A stretch of DNA of 64,000 nucleotides from Trichinella spiralis (taxonomy: Eukaryota), in NCBI RefSeq assembly GCF_000181795.1, contig NW_003526945.1, forward strand, positions 2,670,488 through 2,734,487, given 5' to 3'. Positions 40,538 through 51,271 of this stretch are shown in pieces. Position 1 is the stretch's first letter, and each line of letters begins with the position of its first letter. Below the pieces are notes generated by a model that saw only the letters and a program-made list of their open reading frames with translations, made no database searches and had not been told where the DNA came from. A program made the translations under genes and the position numbers.

Positions 40538-43500
40538 TTGGGCTTTGGCATCAAAGCAAAGTGTTTTAGTTCGTAGCTAAAGTAAGTATAAATACAAAAA
40601 AAAACTTGTCGCACTGTGTATTTATTGTTTCACGCTGAGGCAGATTGGTTGTCAAATTAAGAATATTTTTCTAGTAAGCATAGAAGGATGGAAAACGCGA
40701 TATACAGAACAAACGTTTCGAGGATTTACACTGGTCGCTGTCTCTGCCAACGACAACAGCCAACCGCTGGGCTTTTTCCACGCAAGCACAGCTAGCCGAC
40801 TAAATGGTTCAATTTATATTCTAGTTCAAAGTTGTTTTGCAGGTGAAAGAAGATCGAGATGTAAGTTGGTCAGCGGACTGTTGGCATGCGGTCACTCATT
40901 CGTCACTTTTCCCCAAAACCAACGCTTCGGTTGTATGGCAAGCGCCGCCATCAGACGAAGGATGCGTCCATTTCAAAGCAGCCGTACTGGAATATCCCAA
41001 TATTTGGTATATGGACGATGACGATTTGACGAAACCGTTTTGTGCAAGTGGTAATAGAAAGTGTTTTGTTTTTCTCTTTTCATCATGTTACCTTTTTTCA
41101 TCGCATGCCTATTTGAGCCGGCTTTACCGCACCCGGCGGTGAAAATTCAATCAACGAATGCTGCGCTTGCGACGAGGCCAAATATGAGGTCACATTCGAA
41201 GGTCTGTGGTCCAAAAACACGCACCCCAAAGATTATCCATCTTGTAAGTTCATTTACCAGTGTTGTTGTCAACAACTGCAAAAGTTCACTTTCACTGTAA
41301 CCATAATTTCTGCTCCAGTGGAGCATTTGACTCACTTCAGCGATATCATCGGCGCCAGTCACAGTCCCAGGTACACAATGTGGACATACGATGGCTACGC
41401 AAGTGACGGACTGAAAGAGTTGGCCGAATGGGGCAACACCCAGAAATACGAACAAGAGATTCGTGAACAGGTCAGCAAAACATTTATTCACACCATGAAG
41501 TGTATGCAATGCAATCATTTATTTGTGCTGCTGTCGTTCAGACTAGTGAAGTGCGTACAATTTTGAAAGCACGGGGACTTTGGTTTCCGGACGTCCAAGG
41601 AACCACTCGAGCCATGTTTCACGTTGACAAGTGAAGCTGAATTTTGACACAGAAAAACTGTTCATCTTTGTTTGTTGCCACTAGTACACTTACTTATTCA
41701 TACGTTCCAGGTATCACCATTTGGTGTCGTTGGCGAGCATGCTCGGCCCGAGTCCAGATTGGGTAGTCGGCGTGTCGATGATGGATCTGTGCTTGAAAAA
41801 TTGTTCTTGGATCAATGAGAAAAGTTTATTCCTCTATCCGTGGGATGCGGGCGTGGACGGTGGCATCACTTACATGGTAAGATTGTCGTGTTAAGATCGT
41901 GAGGAAAAATTGTCGTCATTAGGAAAATTGTCCACTCTAGTCGCCGAACAGTCCCTCAATTCCACGCGAACCGATCAAACCGATCACCACGTCAGATCCA
42001 AACGATCCACGATCACCGTTCTACAATGCCAATTCTGATGTGATGCCACCGTTTGCCAAGTTGACATTCCGCAAAGAGAAAGTATGCGCTCAACTTTTAA
42101 CGCCCACATTAATAATCAGTGATGAATGAGAATAGAAAAAATTACCAAAAAAATAGGTGTATCCGTCCGAGTGCAAGGATCCATCCGAGTACGTGTTGGC
42201 GTGGAGGTCGGCTGGAGCTGAAACGGAAACTAGCGAAGATATCGAAAACAAAAATACCAGTACGTGATGTTTGTTACTTTGTGCATCATTTCAGTGAAGT
42301 GCTGTTGTTGTTGTTGTATTGGATTTAAAAAGAAGATAAAAAAAATTTTTTTTCTCTCTCTTTCAGAAGAGTGCACCGTAAATTCATGGACACCGTGGTC
42401 GTTGTGCAGCGCTACATGCGGTAAAGGAATACGCATGCGAACACGTGTATACAAGAATCCGATCAAAGCCCATCTGATGGGATGTTCGAGACAGATGAAC
42501 GAAAAACAGTTCTGCAACGCGATCATCAGTGTCTGCGATGGTATGCAATAGGAATTTGTCGATTTTTTGGCATTTTTCCCCTTGTCCACTTGTGTGAACA
42601 GATTCAGAAAATTTCAACGACCTCTGCGCCGCAACTACTTGGGCCCAGTGGACACCGTGCAGCGTGAACTGCGGTCACGGCGTACGTTCCAGGGTGAGAA
42701 ACTACTTGAATCCAATGGCCATAAAGCAGTGCCACATTCGGCTTACGGAAAATGAAAATTGCACCGGTAAAAAAAGGGGAACACCAAAAAAACTTCACTA
42801 AATCAATCAATTAGCTGCTTGCTCTCAGGACCGGCCGGACCGAACTGCGACCTGAAGCCAGATCCGCGTTGTCAGACCACCTACTGGTCCGAATGGAGCC
42901 CGTGCAGTCATTCTTGTGACCAAGGCAATCGAATACGAACCAGACTGCTTTATTATCCAGAAAATCAAAAGTTCTGCGAACATCATCAACTGTTGGAACG
43001 GGAAAATTGCAACGTGCAAAGCTGCGAAGCTTTTCTTCGAATGCACGGAGCTGGTGAGACAACTTTTCACTCACTGTTTGTTGTTTTTTCCTATGCAAAT
43101 CGGGGGTGGATTGGATGTTTTCTAGAAATTTGCAACGAACCAGTGGAACCGGGACAATGCGAAGGGACGTTCCCACGCTATTATTTCAACCCGGCCAAGA
43201 AAGCATGCATGCGTTTCACGTTCACCGGTTGCAAAGGCAATCGAAACAATTTCCACGTACATAACAGATCGATGAACAAGCAATTGTTTTTTTTGCATAT
43301 TTTTACATAATTAACAACTCTTCTGTTCACATATTTTAAGAGTGAAGAACAATGCAAGAACGCCTGCGCGGATGCTTCAGACATTAATTACAATTACACA
43401 GGTAAATGAAATAAATGTGTGTGAAAAGTGAATTCCAACTTGATGACAATGAATTATATATATATATTTCAATGCTTGACACATAATCAAATTAATTAAT

Positions 43501-44031
43501 TCACATAACAAATAGAGGAAAACTTACCGAAATGCCGATCAGTTTGTTGATTTCGTTAGAAAGTGCAGCGCATTTAGAAGCGAACAACAACATTGTCTCG
43601 TTGCTGCCCGAAATGTCGAAAGTGGACACTGGACAGCCGGTCGACTGCGTGGTGAGTGTTTGGTCGGATTGGTCGGAATGTTCTCAGACTTGCGGTCGTG
43701 GACGGCGTGAAAGAGTGAGAACTGTGGTCACGCCCGCGCGCAACGGCGGCCAACCCTGCCCAGTGGACTTGGTCGAAAAGGCTCGTTGTCGTCTCAGACC
43801 GTGCGGTAAAGCAAACGACGTTCTCAGATTGCGATGAACAAGTGCAAAGCAAGTGTTTTTTTTGTAGCCATCGTTTGTCGCATTGGACACTGGTCAGAAT
43901 GGAGTGCGTGTTCGGCGAATTGTGGAACCGGCGTGCAGATGCGTCAGCGTTCGGCGAAAAGCAGCGACCGCAGGTCCGAATGCCCGCCTCACCAAACCGA
44001 AAAACGCATCTGCGTAGTGAACAACTGTTGA
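39799..44031 (+). CDS. SPON1: F-spondin/spondin-1: signal peptide, Reeler, Spondin_N, five TSP1 repeats and one Kunitz domain; multi-exon
   Basis: MFNLCLTIVVVISITTTAQ signal peptide; Reeler FRGFTLVA...VVWQAPPSDEGCVHFKA; spondin domain CCACDEAKYEVTFEGLWSKNTHPKDYP, HFSDIIGASH, LGPSPDWVVGVS, LYPWDAGVDGG; WxxWSxCSxTCG repeats; Kunitz CNEPVEPGQCEGTFPRYYFN...FTFTGCKGNRNNF. Confidence 0.93.
40484..40536. repeat. (GAT)n(AAT)n microsatellite in the first spondin intron
   Basis: Read directly. Confidence 0.85.
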
Positions 44032-44244
44032 AAATTGTCGGCTTCAATATTGCATATTACTTAAAAGCTAAAATATTTTCTTTAAAAAAATCAGTAGTTT
44101 TTCGACAAAACGAAAAGATTGTCGAAATGACAATTTTGCATCTTGCTGCTTAGCACACATTGTGGTGTGGTCATGTGAAAAATTCATACGATAAAATAAA
44201 ACTTGTCTTCAATGGATTTTTTATTCATATTGTTGTTGTCGGTT

Positions 44245-45458
44245 TCACTGCCACATTCTCAGAGCTTCCTCTTCCAGTGGATGAGTTGATCCGACAATGA
44301 CGAGAGAATGGAGCGGCTCGCCGAGATCTGTAGTCGACATCTCAGCCAAGCTCCGACAAACGATCTTCTGATCTGGCCATCCAATTCGAGCCAAACCCAC
44401 ACAACGACTAGTTTCCTTCAACACTAAAATAAAAGCACACACACACACACAGGCGATATAATAATGCATCAGGTAACAACAAAAGTCCACGCTTACAAGT
44501 GACTGCTCCACGTTGACGACGCATTTCGATAATTTCCAACAGTTGCTTTGCCGCCGCCGATGCGGACATGAACGCCGGTGGCTTGTATTCGGGTTTATTT
44601 CTGCAAAAATCCAACACACCAACGTTCACCGACCACGATGCACTGTTCACACTGTACACTTGTTCACCTCATGATGCCTTCGATTGTCCGTTCGCCGAGG
44701 GTCAAATCCATCAAGCACAACGTGTGAGCACCGCAGCTGAGATTGGCTTCAATGCGGTCGAAATAGCTGTCCGGCTTCCACGTGTCTGTCCAACTGACCA
44801 CTGTCACCGTCTGACCGAAATTGTACAACTGAATGTTAAAAAATAAAGTGAAATATACAAATTTGACAGAGAAGAACAAACAATCTGGCTGAAATACCTG
44901 CAATCCGCAGCATCCGACGGCGGTCAAGATTGAAGCGTTGTGCACAACTTGGAATGGAATTTTCCTCGACAACGCCTGCTGGCAAATGCTCCAATGAGTC
45001 GTAGCCCTGTTGTAATGCAGTGACCAGTTAAGATTATTATCGGTGAAATCACACTTCAAATCAATGTTCAATGTTCACCCGAACGGGTCGCCGACCACAA
45101 GAATACAAACGTCGGTCTTTTCGGCCAAATCCAAAATCCTATCTGAAGGATTAATATACATATATACATGCGATTTTCTTTTCCAAATATAATATAATTA
45201 CCTGTGTCGTTTTCAATTTTCTCACGGTTGCAAAGTGTAATTTTCTTGTTGTATGCATTTTCCTGAACAAAATAGACAAACAATTAAAACAATAAAAGCC
45301 TCATTCATCAGACCAACCAGAACGGTCAAATCGAAACCGTGCGCTTGGATGGAAGTGTACGATTCGTAGAAAACTTCACTGCAACGTTGTACCATTTTCA
45401 AACCGTTGACGGTGATATCGTCGGCACCGCCGAGTCCCAAGCCGACCAACACGAGCAT
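44245..45458 (-). CDS. DPH5: Diphthine methyl ester synthase (7 exons)
   Basis: Motifs MLVLVGLGLGGADDITVNGL...YESYTS, LVVGDPFGATTH, VVHNASILTAVGCCGLQLYNFGQTVTVVSWTDTWKPDSYFD, YKPPAFMS, VGLARIG, DLGEPLHSLVI and HPLEEE. Confidence 0.95.
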
Positions 45459-45690
45459 TTATTTGACCGCAGGCACCGAAAATTGAACAAGCCCGACAAA
45501 ATTTGAACTTTAAGAACAGTCATCATTAGCATAATAAATTCCAGTGGAATAAAAAAAATACAACAACCGTTCGAGCAACAGCGTCGTCATCATCATCAAC
45601 AAATAATGAATAAGCTGTTGATTTGAAAAAGAGATTATTTCCTTTTTTAATGGAAAAAAATAATAATAATTAAAAATAAACTAAAAAGCG

Positions 45691-46971
45691 TCAACGAAAT
45701 GAAACAATTGCACGTTGGATGATGTGCACGTTGATGAGAAAGAACAACACGCTCGCGATCCAAACTGGGAGGAAAAAGTTGAAGCCCCGAAATTCTAAAC
45801 AATAAGCTGGCAAAAGCCACAACGCTTGGCCCGCCGTCCACCAGAGCAACAGCCGAACCGGCCGACCGCGGTTGCAGTCGAAACCACTCCACACGGTGGG
45901 CAAAAATGCCAGATACCAGACGAAATACTGCGACGTGCAAACTTTGTTATGAGCGACAAACGCCAGTGTGGAAATGAACCAGCAGATCGGCAATTGGCGA
46001 GCAAATTTCAACGCCAGAAAGAGAACAATCAACGCTTGGGGCACGAAAGCCGCGTACGAGATCCAGGCAATGATGTTGGTGCTGCTGTCGGCGTTGAGGT
46101 ACAACGGCAAGAAGAATGGCGAAAAATTGTGCCTGAACAACAAAAAGTGCAACAATGGAAAATTCCAATACCAAAGCGTCAAACTTTGCTCAAATTACTT
46201 GTAATCGGTTCGACGAAGATGATAAAGCAACGCCTCGTCGGCATACTGCCTGCCGTACTTGTAGTATGCCAGTGCTGTGGGGGCGGCAAAGCCGACCAAC
46301 ACCCCGAACGCGTAGCCAGCAGCGGCTCCAAGGGCCCTGGCGAACCGAACCGGGAGACTGGCCACGTGGTCGTCGTCGTCGTCCTTTTGGTGCAGCTTCT
46401 CCTGGTAGAGCTTGAAACAAGCCGACGGCAAATAGATGATCGGGTAAAGTTTCACGTGAACACAGAAGCCGTGGAACAGAGAAGCGCACAAACGAGCCGG
46501 CAGACCACCAATTTCGACCAGCAACAAGCTGAACAAGACCAAAAACGAGACAAACGATTCAGCGTTGCCTCGACTACTGATGATCATCGTGAACGGATTG
46601 AACAAGGCGAGCGCCAACAGTGGACCCAAAGACGAATGGCCAGAATCCGACGACAATGCCAGCACTGTCGACGCCAAGCCGGCTAGCAAGTCGAAAGCGT
46701 TGAACAGCAACTTGCCGTACAGAGGCCAGCGAACGGCCGGCAAAAGGAGCCAGGCAAAAGTTGGCGTGTAGCGGTAAGTTTGGCGCTCGTACGGAGATTG
46801 GCCACGAGCCATCAGCTTCGCCGCGTCCAACATCACCGTGTAGTCAACGTCGGTGAATTTGACATCGAAAAAATAATCCTGCAACTGACTGTAAGTGACC
46901 AACAAGAATCGAACCGCCGTCGAAAAACAGAGCAACTTCAACAACCAACGGTACTCTGCTGAACTGATCAT
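45691..46971 (-). CDS. PIGM: GPI alpha-1,4-mannosyltransferase I catalytic subunit; 2 exons, intron 46133-46198
   Basis: DVKFTDVDY (DxD motif), SPYERQTYRYTP, NPFTMIISSRGNAES and VHVKLYPIIY. The spliced junction reads YHLRRTDYKHNFSPFF, followed by FVAHNKVCTSQYFVWY and WLLPAYCLEFRG. A 66-nt GT-AG intron removes the apparent stop. Confidence 0.95.
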
Positions 46972-47434
46972 TCTCCCTCTCTCTCCCTCTGTCTTCACAG
47001 CTAGTTAGTCAGTCGTGTAAATCTAAAATTTTTATTCAATTCTACTCAGCAACAATAACAAATCCAATAAATAAACTTTCACCTACTTTGAGTAGCTCGC
47101 ATTTTTCACACTGTAACATGAAAGCTATAAAATAATTTAAATAATTTATGCGCAAAATCCACTGGCTGATGGCAAATGAAAATACAAAAGGAGGTTGGAA
47201 TTGGAAAAGCCAAATAGAAGAAGAAGAACAACAACAACAACAAAGTAATGATGATCAATTAATTCAACGTTTTTACTTTGCTTCTCTTTCCCTACCCCCC
47301 TCTCGCTCTTTCTCTCCACTTTTGCAGCTATTATGAACAGCAAAACACTACCAAAACAGTAACAAAATTAACAGATAAAAAAAACTTCATCTCATTTTCA
47401 ACTAGCTTGTTTCAACTAAACAAAACTGATCAAG

Positions 47435-49572
47435 TCAACGAAAACCGCACACATCACTGCTAGCTCGACAGTCCACTCCATTGTGAGCCAAGAACAGGCG
47501 ACCATTTTCGCACAAGCAAACCTGATATTGCATATGACCCTTCTCAGTGCCGCGCATCAAACGATCCACGTAAATATTCGGCGAATTGAGAACAATCTGA
47601 GCAGTAATAATGTAGAAAAAAATATCATTACACCAAAAGAACACGCCCGAAAAATATAATACAACAATTGCAAAAGCAAACCTCGCCGTTGGCCGATTGG
47701 AAGACGATATTGTGCAACGCTTCGGCTTTGATATCTCCGGCTCTGCTGAGAATTTCGATATCCTGCGCCACGCGAACCTCCATGCCACGAGTGGGCGATT
47801 CCAAAAGCAACGGCATATCAGCTTCGGGCCGAATGACCGACGTCTGGATTGAACCGTCGAACACTGAACCACCTTCGCTGATGATGCGCAAATTTTCAAC
47901 TCGCACCGCAACTTCATTTTCCGTGGCGGAAAATACCGCCTTGCCGTCCCTGTTCACCACTTCAAAGCGATCGCATATCGCTTGGATTTGATTGTCTTCT
48001 GAAATTGTGAAATGAAATTGAAACAAGAAAACAAAAATTTTATCTTTTCAACAATCAATCGATCGTGGACAATTTGTAAAATTATACCTAAACGACACAA
48101 AAAAGTACAGTATACCGTAAAGTAAGATTCAATTTTTTGCATACTTAGAACAAGCCGACTGGAGATGTTGCCCGTTTTGTCTCTGGCAGTCAATAGGACA
48201 GCTCTGTCGGATTCGATGAACATCGGCACTTTGGAAGCGGACGAAAGTCTCTGCAAATAGACCGCATTGACAAACTCTGCTTCGCCAGTGACTTCGATCT
48301 TCGCCTTCGATATTCGCATACCGCCTATTCCATCCTTAATAATAATGCTAATATATTTAAACGGGGAAAAAATAACAGAATGATTTTTTGCTTTTCAAAA
48401 CTTCTTCTTCTTCTAACTGCTTAATGAACGGCAAAAATTAACTCTAGTACTTATTTTATTAATCAACTAAACGATTCAGAGTTCATTTTATCAGTTGAAT
48501 TAATCTGACTAGAATCACTACTCCCATAAAATATATTACAAATGAAATGACAGATGACGCATTCATTAATGTCAATATCTGATAACTGCACTGAAAAGAA
48601 TAAACACGCAAGCCTGCTCTGACAACGTATCTCTAATTTATATATTTATATCTCGGAATTTTAGTTCAAAAAAGATGAAACAAGATACTCGCTAGAGTTA
48701 ATTTTATTTATTTATTTTTTTGCTTTCTAAATGAACCAACTGAACAAGAGAAAATAACCTGGAGCAAAAATTCCATATCTAATATATTGGGAAAATAAAA
48801 TTAAATTAAATAAAAAAACAAACTTTCACGTAAAATTTAGAATAGCAGATTAATATTCAAAAACAACAACAGCAGCAGTAGCAACAAATTAACATTCCAA
48901 TTGCAGCTAGTGGATCAAATTACCTGAGTTCAGTTCTAGTTGCATTTCCAACTTCTAGGCTACGTCATCAATTCGTGCATTCAAACAGAATTATTAAACG
49001 TCGGATATTGTCAACGGCTGCCAGCTTCAGCAAGTTCAAATATCAAACCACTAGACTTGGAGACAAGGCAAACGCAATTATTATAACGGGAATATTTTTG
49101 TTGAACAGAAATGAAAAATAAAAAAACTGAAATGCATCTCGTGTTAAATAAATCAAAAAATAAAAACAAACAAACAAGAATAAGAAAATTGCTCATTCAC
49201 TCGTGCAGTTCGAAAAATTAGAGAAAAACTGAAGAACCAACATGCTCACTACTCACCAAAGTGAAACCCATTATGCTCATGATCCAGAATGTGACTGTGA
49301 TGTTGGCGACAATCAGCACAATCAGCAGCAAAATCATCGCATACAAACACCGCTTTCGCCAGCCGTAGATTCCAATACTGAAATCAAAAAAAGATAGCCA
49401 AATGAGAGACCACCACATTGTGAAAATGAAATTTCAACGCATCAAAAACACCCCATCACCGATAGATGGTAGAGTCGGTCATTTTTGAGCTGCCGTGGTT
49501 GTACGTGGTCAATTTGTCACCGAAGCGGCAGCCGAGCGAATTTGAAGCATAATCGTGCGAAAGATTTGCCAT
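47435..49572 (-). CDS. Sarcoglycan, gamma/delta/zeta group; multi-exon (alternative start at 49482)
   Basis: IYR|IGIYGWRKRCLY followed by one transmembrane helix; GGSVFDGSIQTSVIR, LLLESPTR, and the C-terminal CLCENGRLFLA...C...C cysteine cluster. Confidence 0.92.
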
Positions 49573-50644
49573 TTCCACAACGCAGATATCAATCCAAAAC
49601 CCAATCTGCAACAATATTCATATACGTCTATCGTCAAAATCATTCATACTGTAAATGATGATAATGTTCCATGTTGTATTTCACGTTGTTATTATCGAAT
49701 AAAAACAAAAACATTCAACTGGAAAATAAATGAAATTTTTATTTTTTTTAATTTAATAATAAATTTGAAAATTTTGAAGAATTTAATAAAAAATTTTATT
49801 GTTCAATTTGATTAACAAAATTGATGTAGAATTTGCATAATTTTATATTCAATTAGTCGATGGTTTTCAAATTGAACTACCCATTCTGATGTACGTAGTG
49901 CAGCATATTCACGTGAATGTGTTCATCGGCTACGGCTGGCTTGATGGAAGCAGTGCTCCGTACAACAAGAGATGATTAGCACTGCCTGCTGTGACAAAAT
50001 AAGTATCCTTAGCAAATGAAGCACAGCTTTCAGTTTTGAAATCTCAATCAAGCACTTGCCTTTCTGTTTTTCTTTTTGTTCACGTTCTGTGCAAATTGTT
50101 TTACCACTTCACATGATACACTTGAATTTTCGTTGAACTCCAGTCGTTGTATGTAATTCATATTTTTCTCAATTTACAAATTTCAAACTACAACAATTTT
50201 CAAAGGAACATTTATTCCAGCACTGATTGTACAAATAACAATTCAGACGTTGTACATCAATCAGATGTCACTTTGCTCGTTGAACGACGGCAGTTAATAA
50301 ATAAAAAGCTCTTATGTAGTAAAATAGGATTTTAAATAACGAATGAGAAGAGAAAACTTCATCATCCATTACAACAAATTGTCATAACGTGAATAGCTTT
50401 GCTGAAAAGGTTGTAAATTTTAAAATTGCAAAACTATTATCTACATAAAAGAAAACTACACTTCATGAAAAACATGGTCATACTGTGCACGTTTCCCTAA
50501 TATCCCATACACCTAAATTTTGCACAACAAAAGTACAAATTGACACGGCTGTTGATAACAATAAAATCCATAAATTTTCAACAAAAAAGATGATCAACAC
50601 GTGAGGGAGCAGTGACAGAGAAAGAGAGAGAGATTGATGCTTGC

Positions 50645-51271
50645 TTAAAGTATAATATTTTCTCGTATAATTTTCACGAACAGAACAATTTGGCAAATAA
50701 GTTGATTGGCGCTGTTGAATACAGATTCTGGAGGCTCGCCTTTGAAATATTCCTTCAAAGTGTTGCTGAATCGTTTGCTGAACTTGACAAAATCCCGTTT
50801 GCGTTGATCAACAAGTGGCTGCAGTTCCGGTGACAACAATGGGATCAGACTGTTGATTGCATCCAACAATTTTTTAATACTGTTGGCAATTTCTTTGATG
50901 GTTTCCAAAAATGTACGCCGGTCGCCAATTTCGTTCGGAATGCGAGCCAAAATGGCGCGCAAAACTGTAGCCCGTTGTCCCACTTCCTGCACAACCGCTC
51001 CACCGTTGGTCAACTTCAAATCGTCGCTGCATGCGGTACCCTGCAAGCGCAACAAGCTTTCGTGCAAGCTGACGTCGAGTTGAGATTTCGAAAGCAGGTG
51101 CTTGATGAGCAAACACAGAAATCCTTCCTGTTCACGTTCGGCTTGCACCAACGCCGATCGGAACGAGCGCAGTGCAGTTGGATCTCGCATTTCGAAACGC
51201 TCCAACAGCGGTCGAAATAACACACTGTACACGGCCGAGGACAAGCATTGCTGTTCCAAAGCGGATGCCAT
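50645..51271 (-). CDS. PDCD10: Programmed cell death protein 10 (CCM3); single coding exon, start at 51271 or 51301
   Basis: LHESLLRL, LRAILARIPNEIGDRRTFLETIKEIANSIKKLLDAIN and QRKRDFVKFSKRFSNTLKEYFK...VFNSANQLI. The 208-aa length from M at 51271 fits the family. Confidence 0.93.
   Translation of the reverse strand: MASALEQQCLSSAVYSVLFRPLLERFEMRDPTALRSFRSALVQAEREQEGFLCLLIKHLLSKSQLDVSLHESLLRLQGTACSDDLKLTNGGAVVQEVGQRATVLRAILARIPNEIGDRRTFLETIKEIANSIKKLLDAINSLIPLLSPELQPLVDQRKRDFVKFSKRFSNTLKEYFKGEPPESVFNSANQLICQIVLFVKIIRENIIL

Noticed and set aside
46133..46198. Apparent premature stop in PIG-M (pseudogene or read-through)
   Set aside because: The stop lies in a 66-nt GT-AG intron whose removal restores the conserved DxxHNFS motif.
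45826..46686. 286-aa antisense ORF over PIG-M
   Set aside because: Its Gln/Arg/Glu-rich composition is what the reverse complement of a GC-rich hydrophobic CDS produces; no independent support.
49907..49918. ATTCACGTGAAT palindromic E-box upstream of sarcoglycan
   Set aside because: A single 12-bp palindrome is expected by chance in 64 kb of AT-rich DNA, and there is no supporting context.
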